DNA of 64,000 nt from contig CANPBB010000001.1 in the NCBI GenBank assembly GCA_947572235.1, forward strand, positions 1,620 to 65,619, given 5' to 3'. The translations under genes were made by a program, and so were the position numbers. Numbering within the stretch: position 1 is the stretch's first letter; every line of letters starts with the position of its first letter. Below are positions 45,610 to 53,912 of the stretch, in pieces. The notes under the pieces are model-generated. The model was not told the DNA's origin, ran no database searches, and saw nothing but the letters and a program-made list of their open reading frames with translations. The stretch is from an uncultured Clostridia bacterium (GTDB lineage: Bacteria > Bacillota > Clostridia > Oscillospirales > Oscillospiraceae).

Positions 45610-46522
45610 GGGACTGCCCCTCCATCCGCTCCAGCTTCTCCAGCAGCCGCCGGAACTCCTCCGGCAGGGGGCACGTCAGCGTCATCCGCTCCATTGTGCG
45701 GGGGTGGACGAAGGTCAGCGCCGCCGCGTGGAGGCACTGGCCGGTGAGATCCCCCCGCGCCCGCCCGTAGACCGGGTCGCCATAGACCGGGTGGCCTAAG
45801 TAGGCCATGTGCACCCGGATCTGGTGGGTGCGGCCGGTCTCCAAACGGCAGCGGACATGGGTGCAGCCCCGGTAGGGCCGGATCACCTCGTAGTGCGTCA
45901 CCGCCCGGCGGCCGTCAGGGACCACCGCCATCTTCTTCCGGTCGCCGCGGCTGCGGCCGATGGGGGCATCCACGGTGCCGCTGTCCTCCCGCAGGTGCCC
46001 CTCCACCACCGCCTCATAGGTCCGGGACAGGGAGTGGTCCTCCAACTGGGCGGAGAGGGCCAAGTGGGCGGCGTCATTTTTCGCCGCGATGATCAGGCCG
46101 CTGGTGTCCCGGTCGATGCGGTGGACGATCCCCGGCCGCACCGCGCCGCCCACGCCGCTGAGGCTGTCCCCGCAGTGGTGGAGCAGGGCATTGACCAATG
46201 TGCCGCCGCTGTGCCCCGGAGCGGGATGGACCACCATGCCCGCGCGCTTGTTCACCACGATAATATCCCCGTCCTCATAGACAATATCAAGGGGGATATC
46301 CTCCGGCTGGGCATCCAGGGGGACAGGATCCGGCAGGGTGACGGCGATGGCCTCCCCGCCTGTCACGCGATAGCTCTTGGGGGGGCGTCTGCCGTTACAG
46401 AGGACCTGACCGGCCTCGACCAGCCGGGCGGCGGCGGAGCGGGTCAGCTCCGGCAGAGCTTGGGTGAGGTACACGTCCAAGCGCAGGCCGGCCTCCTCAC
46501 TGGCGGGATGCAGAATCTCCAT
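45596..46522 (-). CDS. rluD: RluA-family 23S rRNA pseudouridine synthase (RluD-like)
   Basis: S4 domain (RLDVYL), HRIDRDTSGL catalytic motif, THQIRVH. Confidence 0.9.
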   Translation of the reverse strand: MEILHPASEEAGLRLDVYLTQALPELTRSAAARLVEAGQVLCNGRRPPKSYRVTGGEAIAVTLPDPVPLDAQPEDIPLDIVYEDGDIIVVNKRAGMVVHPAPGHSGGTLVNALLHHCGDSLSGVGGAVRPGIVHRIDRDTSGLIIAAKNDAAHLALSAQLEDHSLSRTYEAVVEGHLREDSGTVDAPIGRSRGDRKKMAVVPDGRRAVTHYEVIRPYRGCTHVRCRLETGRTHQIRVHMAYLGHPVYGDPVYGRARGDLTGQCLHAAALTFVHPRTMERMTLTCPLPEEFRRLLEKLERMEGQSHERQ

Positions 46523-46991
46523 GGCGGTCCCCCCTCTCCGGTCCGTCGTGCTTCTCATAGAGGAACAGATAGTACACCGCCGCCAGAATCATCCCGATCA
46601 CCACGGCAATGTCGGCCACATTGAACACCGGGTAGCTGATAAACTGGAAGTTGAACATGTCCACCACGTATCCCAGACGCAGCCGGTCGATCAGATTCCC
46701 GCAGCCGCCGGCGAGGAGCAGCACGCAGGCGGTGCGCCCCAGCGGGTGCCGGACAATCCGCCGCAGCAGCAGGTACAGCAGCACCAGCATGATGAGGGCC
46801 GTCAGGATGGAGAGCAGCCAAGTGTAATCGGAGAGTACGGACCACCCGCCGCCGGTATTGCGGATATACCGAAGCTCCAAAAACCCGGGCAGCAGCGGTG
46901 CGCTCTCATAGAGGTCGAGGTGCTGCACCACCCACAGCTTTACCGCCTGATCGGCGGCCAGAAAGACAAGAAAGAGGGCTATATACCACAT
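46497..46991 (-). CDS. lspA: Lipoprotein signal peptidase II
   Basis: NTGGGWS, GNLIDR, FNVAD motifs, four TM segments. AAGGAG SD before MWYIALF. Confidence 0.9.
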   Translation of the reverse strand: MWYIALFLVFLAADQAVKLWVVQHLDLYESAPLLPGFLELRYIRNTGGGWSVLSDYTWLLSILTALIMLVLLYLLLRRIVRHPLGRTACVLLLAGGCGNLIDRLRLGYVVDMFNFQFISYPVFNVADIAVVIGMILAAVYYLFLYEKHDGPERGDRHGDSASRQ

Positions 46992-47142
46992 AGAGGACTC
47001 CTTTTTGACCGTGCGCAAACCGCGCAGCGGGGTTGGGGACTACTATATCACAGATCATAAAAAAAGGCAAATCCTACCGCGGCGCCGGGGCATTTTCCGC
47101 GCCGGCGGCCCAACCGCTTTCTGTCGGGGGACGGTACCGCGC

Positions 47143-49605
47143 CTACCGCTTCAGCCCCAGCCTCTCCACGGCTTCCTCCCGCATCTTGTACTTCAAGATC
47201 TTCCCCGCCGCGTTCATGGGGAAGCTCTCCACAAACTCCACATAGCGGGGCACCTTGTGCTTGGCCATGTGGGAGAGGACAAACGCCTTCATCTCCTGCT
47301 CCGTCAGGGTCTCCCCCTCCTTCAAAATGACGCAGGCCATGATCTCCTCGCCGTACTGCTCATCGGGCACGCCGATGACCTGCACGTCCCGGACCTTGGG
47401 GTGGGTGTAGATGAACTCCTCGATCTCACGGGGGTAGATGTTCTCCCCCCCGCGGATGATCATGTCCTTCAGCCGTCCTGTGACCTTGAAATTCCCGTTC
47501 TCATCCTCGCAGCACAGGTCCCCGCTGTGGAGCCAGCCGTCGGCGTCGATGGTCTCGGCGGTGGCCTTGGGCATCTTGTAGTAGCCCTTCATGATGTTGT
47601 ACCCTCTGGCCACAAACTCACCGCTGACGCCCACGGGGCACTCCTCCCCGGTGTTGGGGTCGATGATCCTGCACTCCACATTGGCAAACCGGCTGCCCAC
47701 GGTCTCCGTGCGTACGTCCAATGGGTCGTCAAAGCTGCTCATGGTGCACCCCGGGCTGGCCTCGGTCTGCCCGAACACGCTGATGATCTGCTTCATATTC
47801 ATCACATCCGCCGCCTTGCGCATCAGCTCCGGAGGACAGTTGGCCCCGGCCATGATCCCGGTGCGGATATGGGAGAAGTCGGTGTTGGGGAAGTCGGGGT
47901 GGTTCATCATGGCGATAAACATGGTGGGCACGCCGTTAAACGTGGTGATCCGCTCCTGATGGATGCAGGCGAGGGCCGGCTTGGGGGAGAAGTAGGGCAG
48001 CGGGCACATGGTGGCGCCGTGGGTCATGGAGGCGGTCATGGACAGCACCATGCCGAAGCAGTGGAACATGGGCACCTGGATCATCATCCGGTCGGCGGTG
48101 GAGAGGTCCATGTGGTCGCCGATATATTTGCCGTTGTTGACCACGTTGTAGTGGGTGAGCATGACGCCCTTGGGGAAGCCGGTGGTGCCGGAGGTGTACT
48201 GCATATTGGCCACGTCGTGGACCCGCACCGCCGCGGCCCGGCGGCGGACCTCCTGGGGGGACACCCGCCCGGACAGGGCCACGGCCTCGTCCCAGGTCAG
48301 GCACCCCGCCTGCCGGTAGCCCACGGTGACCACGTTGCGCAGGAAGGGCAGGCGCTTGCAGTGCAGGGGCTTGCCGGGCTGGGCGGTGGAGAGCTCGGGG
48401 CACAGCTCGGCGATGATCTCCGCGTAGTGGCTGTCCCGGTAGCTCTCGATCATCACCAGGGTGTGGGTGTCGGACTGGCGCAGCAGGTACTCCGCCTCGT
48501 GGATCTTATAGGCGGTATTCACCGTCACCAGCACCGCGCCGATCTTGGTGGCGGCCCAGAAGGTGATGAACCAAGCGGGCACGTTGGTGGCCCAGATGGC
48601 CACCTTGTCCCCCGGCTTCACCCCCAAGGCGATAAGGCTCCGGGCAAACTGGTCCACGTCGTCCCTAAACTGGGCGTAGGTCCGGGTGTAGTCCAAGGTG
48701 GTGTACTTGAAGGCGTACTGGTCCGGGAACTCCTCCACCATCCGGTCCAGCACCTGCGGGAAGGTGTACTCAATCACCGTGTCCTTCTTCCACACATACT
48801 GCCCTTGGCCCCGTGTGTCATAGTAGAGGTGTTTCTTCCGCCGCTCCCGCTCGAAGCGGGACATGGTCACGGCAAAATGGGTGAGGATCATCTCCAAGTC
48901 CTCCAGCCCGGAAATCCAAGCCGGCTCCCAGAGGAGGGAGAGGTACCCGTCATAGTTGACGCTGCGCAGGGCGTCCATCAGCTCCCGCAGGGGCAGCGCC
49001 CCCTCGCTCAGGAGCTTGTGGTCCCCGCTGTTGTCGGCGTCGGTGAGGCGCACATGGCGGACATAGGCCCCCAAGTTGGTGATGGTCTCCTCCGCCGTCT
49101 CCTTCTGCAGGAGGCAGGTCTCCTGCATATCCCAGCAGGCGGCCAGCTCGTCGCTGGCGAAGTGGTTGAGCACATCCCGGAGCCGCCCGGTGTCCCGCAG
49201 CCCCCCGGCGGTGGAGAGCAGCAGGGTGACGCCGGTGCCCGCGGCCTGTGCCATGGCGCTCCCCACGCCGTCAATCACCTGCCGGATATCCTCGCAGGCG
49301 GTGGAGAGCACCACATAGGGCACCAGCAGGTCCCGCGCGGCCCGTATGGTCTCCGCCACGTCTCCGGCCCCGCCGTTGAGGAAGTCCCCGGCCACAGCGA
49401 TGCAGGGGATCTCCAACCCCTGCCGGCTGAGGCTCCGCCGGGCGGAGAGGGCCATCTCGGGGTTGATGGGGCTGGTCTTAGCCTGGAGCGCTGGGTTGTG
49501 GACAGAGTCGATCTCCACGCCTTGGACACGTGTCTCCGCCGCCGCGGCACAGAAGCCGGCCCAGTCCCCGCTGGACCAGCCGTGGATGGAATAGGAAAGT
49601 TTCAT
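47143..49605 (-). CDS. Fusion protein: xylose-isomerase-like TIM barrel (N-terminus, about 270 aa) plus acyl/aryl-CoA synthetase (AMP-forming) domain
   Basis: The N-terminal part ends in NYDGYLSLLWEP. The C-terminal part has YTSGTTGFPKGV, GWLHSGDL and GRLKDMIIRGGENIYP adenylation motifs. Start MKLSYS behind GGAGG. Confidence 0.88.
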   Translation of the reverse strand: MKLSYSIHGWSSGDWAGFCAAAAETRVQGVEIDSVHNPALQAKTSPINPEMALSARRSLSRQGLEIPCIAVAGDFLNGGAGDVAETIRAARDLLVPYVVLSTACEDIRQVIDGVGSAMAQAAGTGVTLLLSTAGGLRDTGRLRDVLNHFASDELAACWDMQETCLLQKETAEETITNLGAYVRHVRLTDADNSGDHKLLSEGALPLRELMDALRSVNYDGYLSLLWEPAWISGLEDLEMILTHFAVTMSRFERERRKKHLYYDTRGQGQYVWKKDTVIEYTFPQVLDRMVEEFPDQYAFKYTTLDYTRTYAQFRDDVDQFARSLIALGVKPGDKVAIWATNVPAWFITFWAATKIGAVLVTVNTAYKIHEAEYLLRQSDTHTLVMIESYRDSHYAEIIAELCPELSTAQPGKPLHCKRLPFLRNVVTVGYRQAGCLTWDEAVALSGRVSPQEVRRRAAAVRVHDVANMQYTSGTTGFPKGVMLTHYNVVNNGKYIGDHMDLSTADRMMIQVPMFHCFGMVLSMTASMTHGATMCPLPYFSPKPALACIHQERITTFNGVPTMFIAMMNHPDFPNTDFSHIRTGIMAGANCPPELMRKAADVMNMKQIISVFGQTEASPGCTMSSFDDPLDVRTETVGSRFANVECRIIDPNTGEECPVGVSGEFVARGYNIMKGYYKMPKATAETIDADGWLHSGDLCCEDENGNFKVTGRLKDMIIRGGENIYPREIEEFIYTHPKVRDVQVIGVPDEQYGEEIMACVILKEGETLTEQEMKAFVLSHMAKHKVPRYVEFVESFPMNAAGKILKYKMREEAVERLGLKR

Positions 49606-49638
49606 ATTGATAAACCTCCAAGGAGTTTCGCCTGAGGG

Positions 49639-49792
49639 CCGCTTCGCCGGGTCCTCAAGCGAGAAGGATTTGCGCCCTGCTCCGCGCACTCGCTTCGCTC
49701 GCACACTGCGCAGGGCGAGAGGATTTTTTGCCGAAAACGCGGTTTCCGGTAAAAATGATTTCCGTTTATTCCGCGTCCGCGGACGCGAACCC
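49639..49792 (-). repeat. Interspersed repeat family B, copy 2
   Basis: The reverse complement aligns to 1655-1806. Palindrome TTCGCGTCCGCGGACGCGGAA at the 49771-49792 end. Confidence 0.8.
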
Positions 49793-49827
49793 CTGCCGGG
49801 GCTTTTCTTTTTCCTCTGGAAAAAGTG

Positions 49828-51243
49828 TTAAAGGCTCTCATAGACAATTTTGTTCAGGGCGCTGATGTAGGCGCGGATGGAGGCGCCGATGATGTCGGTG
49901 GAGATGCCGTTGCCGGAGTAGAGCCGGCCGCCGGAGCGGAGCTTCACCAGCGCGGAGCCCATAGCCTCCCGGCCCTCGGTGACAGTCTGGATCTGGAAGT
50001 CATCCAGCTCGTAGTGGTGGCCGATGATCTGCTCGATGGCCAAAAACGCCGCGTCCACCGGGCCGTCCCCCATGCTGACGCCCTGGAGCTTCTTCCCGTC
50101 CCGCTCCAAGGTGATATTGGCCATGGCGGCCACCCGGTTGCCGTTAGTCACCACATACTGGTCGATCCGATAGGTGGACGGCACTTGGAAAGCGGAGGTG
50201 GCGACGATGGCCTCCAGCTCCTTCACCCCCACAAAGTGCTTCTTGTCGGCGATACGGCGGAAGGCCTCGTAGACCTTGGCGGTGTCCTCCTCACCGAGGT
50301 CATAGCCCATCTGCTTGACCACCTTGGCCACCTCGCCGATGTCGTCCCCGGCGCTGAGGCAGACCCCTGCCATCTCCTCCTGGACGCCGCTGTCGAAGGG
50401 GGAGGTGCTTGACCGCTCGTTCTGCATCCGCCACTGGAGCTGTTTGGCCACCCGCACCAGCTCCGTGGTGCGAAGGCGCGTCCGGATACCGCAGCTCTCC
50501 CCCCGCGCGGTGACGAAGGCGGCAAAGTCCTCCAGCAGCACCGTGTGCAGGGGACTGACGGTGGTCTTGACCACCTCGGCCCCGGCGGCCACCGCGGCGG
50601 CGGCGCAGGCCACGGACATCTTCAGCTCGTCGCTGAGCTCCACGCCGAGGCGCACCCGCTCCAGCGCCGGCGTGCTCTCCCGGAGGGTGCTGAGGAAGGC
50701 CTCCCACTCGAAGGGGGTCATCACCCCGGCGGTGTCACAGAGGGTGATCTCCTCGGCCCCGGCCTCCACCGCAGCGGTGAGGACCTCGCTGAGGAAGGCG
50801 CCCTCCGCCCGGGTGGCGTCCAAGGCGGAGAGGGCCACATGCTCGGTGTAGTACCGGGCCTTCCGCACCAGAGCGGCGGTGAGCTCCACAACGGCGGGCC
50901 CCTTCCTGTGGCAGAGGTACTCCATCTGGATGGCGGAGACGGGCATCAGCACCTGAAGGGCGGGGGACTTGGCGGCCTTCACGCTCTCCCAGGCCTCGGT
51001 GACGCTGTCCTCGCTCATCCCCACGCTGGCCATCACGGCGGCGGAGGCAACCACAGAGGCAATGGTCTTGTTGGTGAGCACATCGGCCTCCTGGCCGTCG
51101 GAGATGGGGGGCAGCTCGATCCGGTCCACGCGGAGCCGGTCCAAGGACCGGGCCAGCTCAATGCGCTCCTTAAAGCTCAGCGCCGCGGCGGACTGATTGG
51201 CCACCTCTCGGAGCGTGATGTCTGCAATTTGAATGGTTTTCAT
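49828..51243 (-). CDS. LeuA/CimA-family (HMGL-like TIM barrel plus LeuA allosteric domain) protein lacking canonical catalytic motifs
   Basis: Start MKTIQIADITLREV behind GAAGGAGA. DTAGVMTP. C-terminal LeuA-dimer-like GDGPVDAAF...GISTDIIGASIRAYISALNK. RDGEQ and HxHNDxG are not present. Confidence 0.85.
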   Translation of the reverse strand: MKTIQIADITLREVANQSAAALSFKERIELARSLDRLRVDRIELPPISDGQEADVLTNKTIASVVASAAVMASVGMSEDSVTEAWESVKAAKSPALQVLMPVSAIQMEYLCHRKGPAVVELTAALVRKARYYTEHVALSALDATRAEGAFLSEVLTAAVEAGAEEITLCDTAGVMTPFEWEAFLSTLRESTPALERVRLGVELSDELKMSVACAAAAVAAGAEVVKTTVSPLHTVLLEDFAAFVTARGESCGIRTRLRTTELVRVAKQLQWRMQNERSSTSPFDSGVQEEMAGVCLSAGDDIGEVAKVVKQMGYDLGEEDTAKVYEAFRRIADKKHFVGVKELEAIVATSAFQVPSTYRIDQYVVTNGNRVAAMANITLERDGKKLQGVSMGDGPVDAAFLAIEQIIGHHYELDDFQIQTVTEGREAMGSALVKLRSGGRLYSGNGISTDIIGASIRAYISALNKIVYESL

Positions 51244-51264
51244 AGGGTGTTCTCCTTCTCTGAT

Positions 51265-51581
51265 GAAAAATAAAAGCGTCCCAAAGACAGAACATACTGT
51301 CTCTGGGACGATAATGGACATTACCGCGGTACCACCCGGATTTGCGCCAAAGGGCGCACACTTATGGGACTCCAGCAAGTCCCTGCCTCTGATAACGGGG
51401 GCCTCCGTGGCCGCCTACTCGCTGGGCGCGCCGCGCCCGCTTTGGGGGACCCTGCTCCAGTGCCAGCCGCCAGACTGCCGCTCCCGGCTCGCACCACCCG
51501 CCGGTTCTCTGAAAGCTGACAAACGTCTGACATAACACCTTCTAAGCATGATATCTTTATTATTTCGGGTTTTGAGGGAAT
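51265..51581 (-). promoter_or_regulatory. T-box riboswitch leader
   Basis: Minus strand has AGAGA, GGGUGGUGCGAGCC, CCCGUUAUC (F-box-like), AAAUCCGGGUGGUACCGCGG (T-box core, 51343-51324), and terminator hairpin CGUCCCAGAGACAG...CUGUCUUUGGGACG plus a U-run. Confidence 0.8.
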
Positions 51582-51587
51582 GTAGGG

Positions 51588-51616
51588 ATTTTACCACACG
51601 GGGTGGAGGCTGTCAA
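51588..51616 (-). promoter_or_regulatory. Sigma-A-type promoter of the T-box leader
   Basis: Minus strand reads TTGACA, 17 nt, TAAAAT. Confidence 0.6.
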
Positions 51617-52345
51617 GAGGGTTTTTTGTGGGGGGGGAGGTGCCCGGCAGGGCACGGTGCTTTTTTCGCGCCGCCGCGGCGCGATTTGGGGACGGGGGTT
51701 TCGCCCCCCGGGGCGACCTGCTTTTCTCGCACGAGAAAAGTAGGCAAAAGCGCGCTTAGGTGTCCGCTCAGGCGGGCTTTAGCCCCCCGCAGGGGGGCAC
51801 AGCCCTGATTCGCGTCCCCCTAAGAACCCCAAGACGCGGCGCAGCTTCGGTAGACTGGTGCGTAGGTTTACTGCGAGCTTCGGACGCGGCGGCGGTAGCT
51901 CTCGCAAAGCAGATGGTACTGGCGAGCGTCCCCCCGTCTTTAGTCCTGCTATAAACCGCCGCTGCCGCTCTGCCTGCCTCGCTTCGACTTGCCTCCGAAA
52001 CTTGAAGGTGGTTTCGCTGTTCGTTGTGCGGCAAATGCCGCCGTACTTGCCGATAATTGTTGTTGTTACGCAAATCTCCGTAGGGCGCGGCAACCCGGCG
52101 CGCCGTTCTTCGTCCACCGGGATGCTCCAACAAACCACCCGTAGGGGCCGGTGTCCTCACCGGTTCACCCCCTAACACCCACCGCACCTCCAATACACCG
52201 TCCCCCGTTAATCGGAATGCTTCGGTAAAACGTGTGTAGGGGCGCACATTGTGCGCCCGCTCTATCGACGCCCGCCGCACTGGGAAGGACAGGCGCACTG
52301 TCCCCGCCGGCTGGGGTGCTCCGATAAGCCGTCCCATATGGCCGT
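51617..52345. repeat. Gene-free array of GC-rich hairpins / REP-like units, including a roughly 300-bp mosaic element
   Basis: CGTAGGGCGCGGCAACCCGGCGCGCC (52079-52104), CGTAGGGGCCGGTGTCCTCACCGG (52140-52163), TGTAGGGGCGCACATTGTGCGCCCGC (52235-52260). 51745-52050 matches 59591-59893 in inverse orientation. Confidence 0.75.
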
Positions 52346-52357
52346 CCCCCGTCCGCT

Positions 52358-53875
52358 CTATCGCTCCAGCAAATCCGTATTTCGATACTGCACCGCCTCG
52401 GCGATGTGGCCCGCCGTAATCCGCTCCTCGCCGTCTAAATCAGCGATGGTCCGGGCTACGCGGAGGACCCGGTCGTGACTTCGGGCCGTGAGCCCCAGCC
52501 GGTCGAAGGCAGCGTGGAGCACCCGCTCGCCGGCGCTGTCCAGGGCGCAGAACTCCCCCACCATGGCCGGGGGCATGTGGGCGTTGCAGGGCACGCCCGT
52601 CCCCTGAAACCGCACCCCCTGTACCCGACGGGCGGCGTCCACACGGGCTTTCACGCCGCTGGAGCGCTCCGGCGCCTCCCGGCGGCGCATGGCCTCAAAC
52701 TCCACCGAGGGTACCTGCACGTGGAGGTCCATCCGGTCCAGCATGGGGCCGCTGATTTTGTCGATATATTTGCGCACCTGCTCCGGCGTACAGCGGCACC
52801 GTCCCGAGGGGTGGCCGTACCAGCCGCAGCGGCAGGGGTTCATGGCGCACACCAGCATAAACCGGCTGGGCAGGCGGATGGAGCCCGCCGCCCGCGTCAC
52901 CGTCACCTCCCCGTCCTCGATAGGCTGGCGCAGGGCCTCCAGCACGTCCCGCTGGAACTCCGGCAGCTCGTCCATAAACAGCACCCCATTGTGGGCCAAG
53001 GAGATCTCCCCCGGCTTGGGGATGCTGCCCCCGCCGATCATAGCCACCGCTGACAGCGTGTGGTGGGGGGCGCGGAAGGGCCGCTGGAGCAGCAGGGGGC
53101 GCTTGGGATCGGTGAGACCCGCCACGGACCAGACCTCTGTGGCCTCTAAGGACTCCTGCCGCGTCATATCCGGCAGTATGGAGGGCAGCCGCCGGGCCAG
53201 CATGGACTTTCCCGCCCCGGGACTGCCGATGAGCAGCACATTATGCCCTCCGGCGGCGGCAATCTCCAGCGCCCGCTTCACATTCTCCTGCCCCATCACC
53301 TCGGAGAAGTCCGGCAGGCTGGGAGGTGCCGCCGTGTCCTGCGCCGGTACCGCCTCCATCAGCGCCGACTCCCCCCGGAGGTGACGCACCAAAGACGCTG
53401 CGTCCGACACCGGATAGACCGCCACTCCCTCCGCCAAGGACGCCTCGGCGGCGTTTTCCTCCGGCACAAAGAGCCTGCGCACCCCCAGCCGGCCGGCGGC
53501 CATGGCCATGGGCAGCATCCCCCTTACCGGCCGCAGGGCCCCGGTGAGGGACAGCTCCCCCAAGAAGGCGCAGTCCTCCCCCGGCGGCTCGATCTCTCCG
53601 CCGGCGGCCAGCAGTCCCAGAAGGATGGGCAGATCATAGATGGTCCCCTCCTTTTTCAGCGCCGCCGGCGCCAGATTCACGGTGATCCGGCTGACGGGAA
53701 ACTTCAAGCCGCAGGCCTTCACCGCGGCGCGCACCCGCTCCCGGGACTCCCGCACCGCCGCGTCGGGCAGCCCCACCACATCAAAGGCCGGCAGCCCCCC
53801 GGAGAGGGCACACTCCACAACCACGCCATACCCAGCAATCCCGCTGAGGCCAAGAGAACGGATGCTGACAACCAT
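52358..53875 (-). CDS. comM: Mg-chelatase-like AAA+ protein YifB/ComM
   Basis: Lon-like N-domain, Walker A GSPGAGKS, VLFMDELPEF, C-terminal ChlI-type domain. Start MVVSIRS behind GAGGTGG. Confidence 0.9.
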   Translation of the reverse strand: MVVSIRSLGLSGIAGYGVVVECALSGGLPAFDVVGLPDAAVRESRERVRAAVKACGLKFPVSRITVNLAPAALKKEGTIYDLPILLGLLAAGGEIEPPGEDCAFLGELSLTGALRPVRGMLPMAMAAGRLGVRRLFVPEENAAEASLAEGVAVYPVSDAASLVRHLRGESALMEAVPAQDTAAPPSLPDFSEVMGQENVKRALEIAAAGGHNVLLIGSPGAGKSMLARRLPSILPDMTRQESLEATEVWSVAGLTDPKRPLLLQRPFRAPHHTLSAVAMIGGGSIPKPGEISLAHNGVLFMDELPEFQRDVLEALRQPIEDGEVTVTRAAGSIRLPSRFMLVCAMNPCRCGWYGHPSGRCRCTPEQVRKYIDKISGPMLDRMDLHVQVPSVEFEAMRRREAPERSSGVKARVDAARRVQGVRFQGTGVPCNAHMPPAMVGEFCALDSAGERVLHAAFDRLGLTARSHDRVLRVARTIADLDGEERITAGHIAEAVQYRNTDLLER

Positions 53876-53912
53876 GTTGGCCACCTCACTCGTATCATAT
53901 ATCATAATAAGG

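Noticed and set aside
47005-49635. 876-aa plus-strand ORF opposite the TIM-barrel::ligase gene
   Set aside because: It is an antisense shadow ORF. Its composition is dominated by G/H/P/L/V/D runs, and the minus-strand frame has complete ANL ligase motifs.
51750-52080. Possible tmRNA (reverse strand contains ...GCGUAACAACAACAAUUAUCGG... and GC-rich helices)
   Set aside because: There is no tRNA-like acceptor/T-arm (no GGUUCGAnUCC...CCA end), and no plausible tag reading frame ending in a hydrophobic tail plus stop. The element is also present twice in the window, whereas ssrA is single copy.
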